Source: an archaeon (GTDB lineage: Archaea; Thermoplasmatota; E2; UBA202; JdFR-43). From it: a DNA stretch of 36,917 nt. Location of the stretch: positions 1-36,917 of the forward strand of contig JAJRYN010000097.1 of NCBI GenBank assembly GCA_024275755.1. Direction: 5' to 3'. The notes beneath the pieces were generated by a model. That model worked only from the letters and a program-made list of their open reading frames with translations. It was not told the DNA's origin and searched no databases. Each line of letters begins with the position of its first letter. The stretch's first letter is position 1. Positions 10,101-17,766 of this stretch are shown here, one piece after another. A program made the position numbers and the translations under genes.

Positions 10101-10537
10101 TAAAGGATTTGAAGAAGCACAAGCCATTGTCCTTTAACTGGGACTTATACAGAAAATATGATGCTACTGAACTCTATACACTTCCTCTCATTACAAAGAA
10201 TAGGGTATATGGCATATTACAGGTTTTGAATACTTCCAGTAATCCGTTGACGGAGGATAAAAGAAAATTACTCAAAAGCATAGCAGAAGAAATTGCAGCA
10301 GGAATTGCAAAAATAAAGGCAGAGGAAGAAACAAGAAGGGCATTGGAGCAAGAAAGAGAGTTTAAGTTGAGAGCAGCCCACTATTTCTTCAATCCAATAG
10401 CCATTGCAAAAGGATATCTCGAATTGATACTGGAGGAAGAAGGCGAAAATGAAAAAATATTAAAAGCTATTGAGGCTATAAATAGAGTAGAAAAGGTAGT
10501 TAAAAATGTTACACAAAGGGGTGAGATAGTTGAATAA
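7139..10537 (+). CDS. Multi-sensor signalling protein: REC, ~5 PAS and 2 GAF-like segments, C-terminal DHp-like His module, no HATPase_c
   Basis: REC residues: IIDDEPDD, VITDYQL, MLTGTG, YVIKTP. There are five recurring PAS-end linkers (DITERKRLEKELKESEERFRQF, DITELKEMEDALRESEEKYRTL, DITELRKTEEKLRESEEKFRSL, DITERKKAEEMIRKL, DIRELKEYEKRVEHL). The ORF ends AAHYFFNPIAIAKGYLELIL..., a HisKA-like H-box, with no N/G1/G2 ATPase boxes. The ORF is open from TTG 7130; ATG 7139 fits the TATA spacing. Confidence 0.85.
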   Translation: MMFLIIDDEPDDRKLAIRYLKKEFPDAEFIEIFTQKQFYDALEEKNFDFVITDYQLHWANGIKILKEVKKRNPFLPVIMLTGTGTEEIAVEALKAGLDDYVIKTPEHFMKLPAAVKVAIEKAKINQQEKMLASIVENAKEAVISVDENGNIIYANKAIEEIFGWKKEEIIGKPASIFAIDKKEQEEQLDEAIKKGGGKFETVRKDKHGNEIPVLLTIVPFRDEKGNLLFSSEIMRDIRELKEYEKRVEHLNEVLRAIRNVNQLITKEKGVDRLLQETCKTLFKIRGYEATCISHRDNIYIAGNKKDYEELLKYIKEKEIEDEIEREGKKLLYQFKNKYLLALPLIKNGVQGILYVLRPKKFDEEEIRLLKEVGQDIAFAIHSIELEKELREEREMVNAILSASPVGIGFSINRAIGWANEAMYKMVGYTPEETLGKSTRILYESDEEYERVGREIEKAFKKGRIAEIETKWKRKDGSVFDCYLRICPINPEKPEEGIVVVAMDITERKRLEKELKESEERFRQFFENAPEYCYMVSTDGKILDVNKSALKALGYKKEELVGKSLFVIYSPSSREKAKKLFMKWKKTGRLRNEELKIITKDGKERTVLLSADAVRDEKGNIIHSISIQRDITELKEMEDALRESEEKYRTLADNAPAGVFIVYNREVIYLNKKAEEMLRREEDAKHLYVMWKKDGKLPIDAFFNLWKKEKREKIMSVFEKGLKGGKLNTAELKTSGNRHLLFYITGIKYKGEDALLGIVQDITELRKTEEKLRESEEKFRSLVENADDAIYIIASEGFEYINPAFEKLTGYSRKEILSKDFNFWNLIHPEDIELIRKRRKARIKGEKIAGRYEFRIVTKDGKIKNVESSTVPLEKGRTLGIMRDITERKKAEEMIRKLSDLHYVIGMSINRSSTIKELCENILKHIREIIEIDHTNIFIYEEENNILKPIAHYGYPEDFAKRVMKSYMVDEKQPWEAVKSFLEKKERYVKDLKKHKPLSFNWDLYRKYDATELYTLPLITKNRVYGILQVLNTSSNPLTEDKRKLLKSIAEEIAAGIAKIKAEEETRRALEQEREFKLRAAHYFFNPIAIAKGYLELILEEEGENEKILKAIEAINRVEKVVKNVTQRGEIVE

Positions 10538-10967
10538 AAAAATATTGATTATAGATGATGAGCCCGACATGCACGAATTGCTAAAGGTACATCTAAACAA
10601 AATCGAAGGCGTTGACATATTAAGTGCATATTCTGGAGAAGAAGGAGTGAAGATATATAAAGAGCTGCATGAAAAAGGAGAAACTCCTGCCCTGGTTATT
10701 ATGGATTTGAACTTATCAGGAAAGGAAGATATTGAACTTATAGATTTGCATAAGGATGGGATGGATGAGAAACTGGATGGTGTGAGGGCTACAGAACAAA
10801 TTCTGAAAATAGACCCTAAAGCAAATATATGGGGTTATACAGCATGGTTTGATACAGACTGGGCAGAAAAGTTAAAGGAAAAAGGAGCAAGAAAAATTTT
10901 TGGTAGAGTCACTCCATTTAAAGAATTTGCAAAAATGGTGAAAAAGTTTCTGGAGGAGGGAGAATAA
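10530..10967 (+). CDS. Stand-alone response-regulator receiver (atypical: insertion after the phospho-Asp, Arg at the conserved Lys position)
   Basis: ILIIDDEPD, LVIMDLNLSG, WGYTAW. TTG start overlaps the upstream stop by 8 nt. A ~18-aa insert KEDIELIDLHKDGMDEK precedes LDGVRATEQIL. Confidence 0.75.
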   Translation: MNKKILIIDDEPDMHELLKVHLNKIEGVDILSAYSGEEGVKIYKELHEKGETPALVIMDLNLSGKEDIELIDLHKDGMDEKLDGVRATEQILKIDPKANIWGYTAWFDTDWAEKLKEKGARKIFGRVTPFKEFAKMVKKFLEEGE

Positions 10968-10969
10968 AG

Positions 10970-11458
10970 CTATCTCTTGTATCCTATTTTTCTTAAAAAT
11001 TCTTTTCTTTCTTTTTTATCTTCCTCGCTTTCTACTCCTTTGCTTTTATATCCGTCTACTACACCAACTATAGCTCTACCAATCTCTTCACCAATTTTCG
11101 TCTCATAAATTAAAACTTTTGTTGGATTGGCGGTAGCACAATATATTCTGCATACTTCTGGCACATTCTTTATCGCATTTAGTACATTTATTGGATAACA
11201 GTCCTTCATAAAAATTATAAAGGCGTGTCCCGCTGAAATTTTTTCTGCATTTTTTATGGCGAGCTGTATCATCCCTTCATCATTTCCATCATATCTTATA
11301 AGGCATTTGCCAGAAGCCTCACAAAAAGCTATACCAAATTTTGCATTTGGTACATTTACCATGGCTTCATACAAATCTTCGACACTTTTAATAAAATGAC
11401 TTTGCCCTAGAATAAAATTTATTTCTGGTGGCTTCTCTATTTCCACTTCCTGTATCAT
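10970..11458 (-). CDS. Adenosine-specific kinase family (DUF355/PF04008-like) protein
   Basis: From memory it matches this family: [54 protein letters not shown], and the ending FLRKIGYKR. Start chosen at MIQEVEIEK; the ORF is open to 11515 but that version would overlap radB. Confidence 0.55.
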   Translation of the reverse strand: MIQEVEIEKPPEINFILGQSHFIKSVEDLYEAMVNVPNAKFGIAFCEASGKCLIRYDGNDEGMIQLAIKNAEKISAGHAFIIFMKDCYPINVLNAIKNVPEVCRIYCATANPTKVLIYETKIGEEIGRAIVGVVDGYKSKGVESEEDKKERKEFLRKIGYKR

Positions 11459-11498
11459 GTTTTTAAATAAAAAAGAAAAATTTAATGATTGCGCTATG

Positions 11499-12149
11499 TT
11501 ATTCAATTCCATCATTAGTTATAAAAAAATTGATGGTTCTGCCTGCTGGTATGCTTCTGTGCTTAAGGAGTATCGCCTTCCTTTCTTCTTTGCCATTTTT
11601 ACTTCCCACCTTCTCCACCCTTATAATTGTTTTTGCAATGTGGTCCATGCTTCTTCCAGCAAACGGCTTCACTTCATCCCCTGCAGAATAAACTTGGCTT
11701 GTTATTATAACAGGAATATTTTTCTTTCTTGCCTCTATCTGCAAGGTTACAAGCTGCTTTGTTAAAGAGCGTGTAGCCATCGCTTCATCTTCATTCATTT
11801 CAAGGCGATAAAATAAATTTGCACTATCAAGGATAATTAAGCCAGCATCAATTTTAACTGCTTTTTCCACCATTTCCTCCTGTTCTTTTAAAGAAAATGG
11901 AAAGAAAAAAAGGATTTTCTCCAGCTTCTTTTTATCTTTAATCACCTGTAAAAGCCTTTCCTTAGAGACGCCTTCTGTGTCAATATATACAACTTTTTTT
12001 CCTTCTTCCACACAGCTTCTCGCAGCCTGAATGCATATGTTTGTTTTTCCTGTTCCCCCCTCACCATATATCTCTGTAACTATGCCTGCCTCTATACCTC
12101 CATTCAAAAGCTTATCTAAAGAGCAATGCAACGGCAATTTCTTTTCCAC
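11499..12149 (-). CDS. radB: RadB (RecA/RadA paralogue)
   Basis: [26 protein letters not shown] (Walker A), LIILDS (Walker B), [34 protein letters not shown]; colinear with Pyrococcus-type RadB. GTG 12149 lies 5 nt after the upstream stop. Alternative start TTG 12173. The ATG 12266 version overlaps the upstream gene by 113 nt and is unlikely. Confidence 0.8.
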   Translation of the reverse strand: MEKKLPLHCSLDKLLNGGIEAGIVTEIYGEGGTGKTNICIQAARSCVEEGKKVVYIDTEGVSKERLLQVIKDKKKLEKILFFFPFSLKEQEEMVEKAVKIDAGLIILDSANLFYRLEMNEDEAMATRSLTKQLVTLQIEARKKNIPVIITSQVYSAGDEVKPFAGRSMDHIAKTIIRVEKVGSKNGKEERKAILLKHRSIPAGRTINFFITNDGIE

Positions 12150-12153
12150 ATTC

Positions 12154-12660
12154 TTAATATCGAAGCATCTCAAAAACTTTAGGAACGATAACTTTCTCTT
12201 TCTCTCCCACTCTCTCCGTTTTTCCCTCAATATAAAGATATGCTGTATAAGCTGCAAGATATGCATCTAACTCATGCTTATTTCTTGCTTTTACACCTAT
12301 CTTCTCTGCCATCTTGCGCCAGTCTTTCTCATATATGCCAAGAATCTTGGCAGTTGCAGTAGGAAAAACTTCTATTACTTCTGCATCTATTTCTTCGACA
12401 ATTTTGCCTGCCCTCTTCACAAGCAATTTCATCGATGGCATGGTAGGTGGCATCGCCCCATATTTCTTGAGGACTATATCTGCTTCTCTTATTCTGATTT
12501 TTTTCATAAGAGGAGCATCTATCGCCACAATTTTTGGTTTTGCTTCATTGATAGCTGTTAATATTTCCTCGTCATTATGAAAAGTGAAAAGAAAGATGTC
12601 ATCACCTATGATACATACTCCTGTTGGATTTTTTGGTAAGGCTGCCAGATCAATGCCCAT
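12154..12660 (-). CDS. DUF429-like predicted nuclease (RNase H fold)
   Basis: MGIDLAALPKNPTGVCII, IVAIDAPL and HELDAYLAAYTAY fit the DUF429/COG2410 pattern as I recall it. The ORF is open to GTG 12696, so the start is uncertain. Confidence 0.55.
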   Translation of the reverse strand: MGIDLAALPKNPTGVCIIGDDIFLFTFHNDEEILTAINEAKPKIVAIDAPLMKKIRIREADIVLKKYGAMPPTMPSMKLLVKRAGKIVEEIDAEVIEVFPTATAKILGIYEKDWRKMAEKIGVKARNKHELDAYLAAYTAYLYIEGKTERVGEKEKVIVPKVFEMLRY

Positions 12661-12751
12661 TACTCTATAATTAATTTTGGGCTTCCAGTCAATCACATAA
12701 TCATATGCAAACGTAGTTTAAAAAACTAAAAATTTAAAGGGAAGAAGGGTG

Positions 12752-13900
12752 TTAATTCTGCTCGACTCTCTCTGCCACTATAATCTCTTCTGTTTCTGCC
12801 TTTGGCAAAGCGTTCACCCATTCGTTCAGTCTCTCAAATGCGTGTATCTTTGGAATGCTCTTGGCTTCTCTTGGGCCAGGCATTTTCATGTAGAACGCAT
12901 TTACTGGATATATTGTTCCATACTCTTCTCTATCAATTGCAATTTTTGCAAGGCGAATTAAATCAACTATTAATCCCGCCAGTGCTGGGCTGTCATTTAT
13001 TCTTGCATTTATTATCCACTCATCTTCTGCTCCATTGAATGAAGTATATGAAATGTGCATTGAAACAAACTTTTTGTCACCCAATGGTTCAAGGTATCCT
13101 GTAGGCTTGATATAGTGTGGCACATCATAGCCGAGTATATCTTCAACTATTGAGCTTTTTGTTACTTCCTTTGCCAAGTTTCTCTCTGGCTCTGTTAGTG
13201 ATAGAAAATCAGTGTTGCCGCCAATATTGAACTGACAAATGCTGTTTATTCTTCTCCTTCTTTCTCTCAAATGCTCTAAAATGTCTGCTGTCAGAGGTGT
13301 GGCTCCACTTGCGCCGTCGTCGCCAAAAAGAACTGTGTTGGTTTCCTTTGCGAGTTTTACCATCGCTGGATCATTTGCCAGGGGAGTAGGTATACAGTTT
13401 ATGAAAGCTGTTGGTCTCTCATACTGAGCTACTGAATAGAAGTATAGCTGTGCTGGTGAAATTCTGTCCACATCATTTTTTCTTATGGCTCTTTTCACTT
13501 CTCTCACATCCATGAAAGGCTCTGCTCTTTCTGTTGTTATCAGATTTACAAATATTTCAATGTCTTTTTTGCTATATTCATCTATGAGTTTTCCAACAAC
13601 TTCCTCCAAGTCTATCTCTTCGCCGCTTCCTCTATAATCTCTGTATCCCTCCTTGATGATGTAATCTCTTTCGAAGTTTATATTTCCGTCCCAGTACTGC
13701 CTGACCACCTTGGATAGTTTATTGCCAACTTTACTCCTATCTATATCAAATGCTGTAACAATCTCTATGTCCTCAATGTTTAATGGAAGTGTATCAGCAA
13801 GAGGTACTCCTTCATAACCAATCTCTCCCTTCTTGATTCTCTCCAAGCCAACATTCAGGATGGATGCAACATAGCCCTGTCCAAATATGGCAGTCCTCAT
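12752..13900 (-). CDS. myo-inositol-1-phosphate synthase family protein
   Basis: N-terminal Rossmann-like FGQGYVASIL. FINCIPTPLAND and FGDDGASGATPLTADI parallel the archaeal MIPS segment GNDGKTGETL. QFNIGGNTDF is also present. ATG 13900 is preceded by GGGAGGTGG. Confidence 0.8.
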   Translation of the reverse strand: MRTAIFGQGYVASILNVGLERIKKGEIGYEGVPLADTLPLNIEDIEIVTAFDIDRSKVGNKLSKVVRQYWDGNINFERDYIIKEGYRDYRGSGEEIDLEEVVGKLIDEYSKKDIEIFVNLITTERAEPFMDVREVKRAIRKNDVDRISPAQLYFYSVAQYERPTAFINCIPTPLANDPAMVKLAKETNTVLFGDDGASGATPLTADILEHLRERRRRINSICQFNIGGNTDFLSLTEPERNLAKEVTKSSIVEDILGYDVPHYIKPTGYLEPLGDKKFVSMHISYTSFNGAEDEWIINARINDSPALAGLIVDLIRLAKIAIDREEYGTIYPVNAFYMKMPGPREAKSIPKIHAFERLNEWVNALPKAETEEIIVAERVEQN

Positions 13901-14030
13901 TTTTACCACCTCCCTTTATTAATCAAAAACAATCTGGCAAAGTTGCCTGAAAAAATATATAGGACGTTATATTTAAATTTAACGCCAGCTTTTCTTCTCT
14001 TAACACTTTCAGCAAGTTTTTCATGTTTTT

Positions 14031-14684
14031 CTAAAATAGTTTGCTCTGTTTCATTTCATTTTCGATATTTTTTATTGTTTTCCAGCTCTTTCTTGTATGA
14101 GGTGGCAAATCATTAAATTTTTTTATCCACTCTTTAATGAATGTGATGGTTCTTTCATCACTTGGATATCCACTTCCAAGAGGTAATCCAAGCTTTGTCT
14201 CCAGTTCTTCAGCAATCTTTTTGATTCTTTCGTCTCTTTCAACTTTGGCAATTATGGATGCTGCCGAAACAACGGCATATTTGTCATCTGCACCATGCTC
14301 ACAAATTATCTGGCAGTCATGTTTAATTAATTCCTGTATCGTTTTTTTGAATTCTTCCTCATTATTGCTTGCCGCATCTATGTAATAAATGGATGCTTCT
14401 CTTTTATTTGCGAGTTTGGCAAAAATATATGCTTCAAGCTGATTCATCGTCATTGTTTTGCGCAAATTGTCTATATCGCTTGCATCCACAACAACATATT
14501 CATGATAAAAATTCTTCTTAATATATTCTGCAAGTTTTTCCCTCCTTTGCTTTATCAATTTTTTTGAATCCCTCACCTTTGCTTCAAGCAACTTCCATTC
14601 CTCTTTTTTATCAATCCATACAGCTGCCACAACCATTGGTCCAATTACAGGACCGCGCCCTGCCTCATCTATCCCACATATCAT
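14031..14684 (-). CDS. rnhB: Ribonuclease HII
   Basis: MICGIDEAGRGPVIGPMVVAAV (catalytic DEAGRG), YIDAASN, SAASIIAKVERD, LGSGYPSD. Confidence 0.92.
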   Translation of the reverse strand: MICGIDEAGRGPVIGPMVVAAVWIDKKEEWKLLEAKVRDSKKLIKQRREKLAEYIKKNFYHEYVVVDASDIDNLRKTMTMNQLEAYIFAKLANKREASIYYIDAASNNEEEFKKTIQELIKHDCQIICEHGADDKYAVVSAASIIAKVERDERIKKIAEELETKLGLPLGSGYPSDERTITFIKEWIKKFNDLPPHTRKSWKTIKNIENEMKQSKLF

Positions 14685-15814
14685 TTTATCACAATCTCTC
14701 CATATTTTCCTCCGCCACCCGGCAGAATTTCTATTCTTCCTTCTCTGAATGCTTCTATTGCATCTGCGATGGCAGATGGTGCAACTTTTCTTATTTTTTT
14801 AATATCAACATCAAGTAATATTTCTATCTCATTGCCTATCTGAGTTAATTCCTTCCATCTTCTGATAACAATGCTTGCTTTGCTATCTGTTCCCAAAGCT
14901 TCGCCAATTATCTCTGCCAGTGGAATTAAATGAAGATATTTTGGTCTACTCTCAGGATGCACAGCATGTTGATAGGAAGCAAGTTCATCCACTCTATCTT
15001 TAACGCCCTTTTTTATTATCCCGTTGCAGTGGCACCTCCATCTCATTTTTTCTGCCTCTTCTTTTTTATACTGACGATAGCATGAAGTGCATGCTGTTCT
15101 GTTGTACTTTCCTTTCTCTGGAGGAAAACCCACGTTTAACGCAATGCCATTATTTAAGATTGCCTTCCTTATTTCATCCCATGTTATCTCATTTAGCTTT
15201 ATTCTATTGAACTCTCTTCCAAGGCGATGGGGCGAATAAGAGTGGGCATCAGAATTTGTTAAAAAAGGTATGTCATGCAGCTCTTTTATTCTATCTGCAT
15301 AATCGCTGTCTGCACTCAAGCCAAGTTCAATGAAATCTGGCTTCTTGCCATAATAATCAAGCACGGAATCAAAATAGGCGTACAAGGAGGTCCATGGGGT
15401 AAAGGCATGAGCTGGTCCAATTAAAGCATTCGCCTCTTTTGCCATCTGTAAAATTTCCGCTCCATCCAGCATTATTTTGGGGCGACCATCCTCATTTATA
15501 TTGGACGAATATTTTTTAACCCTCTCCTTAAAATCGTCGGCAGCATAAAAATCAGGAAATAAAAGCAAATGATGTACCCTGTTTTTGTCCTCAACTTCCG
15601 CACTTAAAACAAAATGTATCCCATCCGCTTCTATGACATCACCTGTGGCATATTTTTTAATTTCTCTCTGCCATGCTGGGTGTAAACAATCACCAGTTCC
15701 CACAACATGCAACCCTTTTTTCTTGGCACCATCTGCTATTCTTTTTAAATCGATTTTATCTGATGTTCCCCCTGAAAAAGGAGAATGAATGTGAAAGTCA
15801 GCGTTAACGAGCAT
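14681..15814 (-). CDS. endoQ: Endonuclease Q-like PHP-domain nuclease with Zn-ribbon
   Basis: ADFHIHSPFS, VGTGDCLHPAW, VEDKNRVHHLLLFP, GPAHAFTPWTSLY, LGLSADSDYAD, NSDAHSYSPHRLGREFNR, C..C...WRCHCNG, GIIKKGVKDRVDEL and PGGGGKYGEI are colinear with Pyrococcus EndoQ as I remember it. The stop overlaps the rnhB ATG by 4 nt. Confidence 0.8.
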   Translation of the reverse strand: MLVNADFHIHSPFSGGTSDKIDLKRIADGAKKKGLHVVGTGDCLHPAWQREIKKYATGDVIEADGIHFVLSAEVEDKNRVHHLLLFPDFYAADDFKERVKKYSSNINEDGRPKIMLDGAEILQMAKEANALIGPAHAFTPWTSLYAYFDSVLDYYGKKPDFIELGLSADSDYADRIKELHDIPFLTNSDAHSYSPHRLGREFNRIKLNEITWDEIRKAILNNGIALNVGFPPEKGKYNRTACTSCYRQYKKEEAEKMRWRCHCNGIIKKGVKDRVDELASYQHAVHPESRPKYLHLIPLAEIIGEALGTDSKASIVIRRWKELTQIGNEIEILLDVDIKKIRKVAPSAIADAIEAFREGRIEILPGGGGKYGEIVIK

Positions 15815-15853
15815 AATGAAAAAATTTTATATTATAAAAAATGTTGGGGGATT

Positions 15854-16918
15854 ATGAAAGCCAGGAAATTCGGTTTATTGGTGGTGATGCTCCTGCCTCT
15901 TGTGGGAGCAACAAATTTTGAGATAAGTATAAACGATAAGCAAGGAGATGTATCGAATCCGGATGTGGATATAGTGAAGGCATGGACGACTGTGGAAGGA
16001 AGCTATTTAGTATTTCACGTAAAGGTTGCAGGAAAGATAAATGAAGCATATAGCTACACCTTTACAGCTTATACAGGCGGTGTGAATAAGGCAGGAGTAA
16101 TCTTTCAGAGTGGAACAGCATATTATAGTGGAGATTCTTCGGGAGGAATAGCAGAATACAATGTAGATGGAGATACACTCAGCATAAAGGTTCCATATGG
16201 CGTATTTTCCTCATGGGACGATTTCAGTTTCTCAGTAATAGCGAATGATAATGCAGGCACAATCGATTATGCAATTGCTAGCGATATGGGAGGAGATAGC
16301 GGAGACGAAGGAGATACTGGAGGCCATGGCGATACAGATCCTGCTAAAGAAACACCAACTGATACAAGCATAAGCGTAAAGATAACCAATGTTGAATACA
16401 AATTCGAGAAGGTGGATAATGGACAAAAATGGTATGTGAAAGTGCTCATTGAAGGTACAACAAGTGGTGTGGATCATGTTTCACTCTGCTATGTAATCTA
16501 TTACAAGGATGGCACATACGATGTTACGGAATGGATGAAAGGGCCATTTGAAATACAGCCAGGAAGTTTCTTTGGCAGTGAAATAATCAAATTTATATTT
16601 AATTCTACAGAAGGAAACTGGAATAAATGGAAATTTGAATTAGAGGCAAAATATCCTGTAACTGAACCAGATTATCAGTGGGTTGAAAAAGAAAAGGAAG
16701 TAGATAGAGTAGTCATCTACGCCAGAGCCTTCAAAGATGCAGCTGAAACAAAATGGAATCAGGCAAAATATGAAACAAAACCAACATTTACGTCAAATGG
16801 AGCAGAATATACAATAAGTGGAGAAGAAACAGAGGGAAAGAAAGGTATATCTGGTTTTGAAATAGCTTTTGTCTTTGCTGCTATAGTGGCTGCTCTGTTT
16901 ATAATAAGGAGAAAATAA
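15854..16918 (+). CDS. Secreted surface protein with acidic linker and C-terminal SGF+TM+RRK anchor (PGF-CTERM-like)
   Basis: Signal peptide MKARKFGLLVVMLLPLVGA; linker DMGGDSGDEGDTGGHGDTDPAKETPTDTS; C-terminus GISGFEIAFVFAAIVAALFIIRRK. The ORF-track start (15785) would overlap endoQ, so ATG 15854 is preferred. Confidence 0.6.
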   Translation: MKARKFGLLVVMLLPLVGATNFEISINDKQGDVSNPDVDIVKAWTTVEGSYLVFHVKVAGKINEAYSYTFTAYTGGVNKAGVIFQSGTAYYSGDSSGGIAEYNVDGDTLSIKVPYGVFSSWDDFSFSVIANDNAGTIDYAIASDMGGDSGDEGDTGGHGDTDPAKETPTDTSISVKITNVEYKFEKVDNGQKWYVKVLIEGTTSGVDHVSLCYVIYYKDGTYDVTEWMKGPFEIQPGSFFGSEIIKFIFNSTEGNWNKWKFELEAKYPVTEPDYQWVEKEKEVDRVVIYARAFKDAAETKWNQAKYETKPTFTSNGAEYTISGEETEGKKGISGFEIAFVFAAIVAALFIIRRK

Positions 16919-16934
16919 TCTCTTCCATCTTTTT

Positions 16935-17759
16935 TTATTTTATTCCATATTTTTCCACTATTCCTTTAACCCAGTTTGGAAGAACAAAAGATGCAGCGTG
17001 TAAATCTGGATTGTAATGATATGTTTTTATTTTCCTTTCTTCGTATCTTGATTTTATAAGTTCACCATCTATTTTTAATTCCTTGTGAGATGCAATCAGA
17101 AAACTCCACATGCCTGAAGGATAAGATGGCATGAAAGAAAGATATATTTTTCTCCATGAAAAGACTGAGGAATTTTGTAGTATTGCTTCAAAATATTGCT
17201 GCTGTGTAAAAGGCGATTGACTTTGCGTAACAAAAATGTCGCATATTTCTGCACATCTGGAATAGAATTCTTTTGAAATTAATGGTTTGCTAACGGCATC
17301 GGGATCACTTCCATCTACTATAATTACATCAAATTTTTCCTCGCAATTTTTTATGAACTCTATTCCGTCCTGGAAAATAATTTCCACCCTATCATCTTCC
17401 AATGCGCCTTCATCTATTCCAATGTATTTTTTGCATATCTCCACCACATCTCTGTCTATTTCAACCATTTTTATTTTATCAGGCTCATGTTTCAGTGCCT
17501 CTCTTGCTGCTCCTCCGTCGCCTCCACCTATTATGAGTATTTTTCTTGGTTCAGGATGCAAAAGTAAAGGAACGTGCACAAGCATTTCATGATAAAATTT
17601 TTCATCAGCCTCGCTGAACTGAATTTTTCCGTCTAAGACAAGCATTTTGCCTAAAGATGTGGAAAAAACTTCTATTTTCTGTAAGCCCTCTTTTTCCAGT
17701 ATTTTTTCCCCTTTAACCATAAAACCTGTGCCATTATGCCTTTCAACAAACCATTCCAT
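16935..17759 (-). CDS. speE: Spermidine synthase (aminopropyltransferase)
   Basis: LVLDGKIQFSEADEKFYHEMLVH, ILIIGGGDGGAAREALKH and DVIIVDGSDP are typical SpeE motifs. Confidence 0.85.
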   Translation of the reverse strand: MEWFVERHNGTGFMVKGEKILEKEGLQKIEVFSTSLGKMLVLDGKIQFSEADEKFYHEMLVHVPLLLHPEPRKILIIGGGDGGAAREALKHEPDKIKMVEIDRDVVEICKKYIGIDEGALEDDRVEIIFQDGIEFIKNCEEKFDVIIVDGSDPDAVSKPLISKEFYSRCAEICDIFVTQSQSPFTQQQYFEAILQNSSVFSWRKIYLSFMPSYPSGMWSFLIASHKELKIDGELIKSRYEERKIKTYHYNPDLHAASFVLPNWVKGIVEKYGIK

Positions 17760-17766
17760 AAGTTCT

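Noticed and set aside
12150-12266. The ATG 12266 start for radB, which adds 39 extra residues.
   Set aside because: It would overlap the DUF429-like gene by 113 nt. RadB homologues begin just before the LD.LL.GG motif, and GTG 12149 lies directly after the upstream stop.
13923-14024. 33-codon minus-strand ORF (MKNLLKVLREEKLALNLNITSYIFFQATLPDCF) in the rnhB/MIPS spacer.
   Set aside because: It has no RBS and no motif, and it runs through the predicted MIPS TATA box and operator. It is most likely fortuitous in AT-rich DNA.
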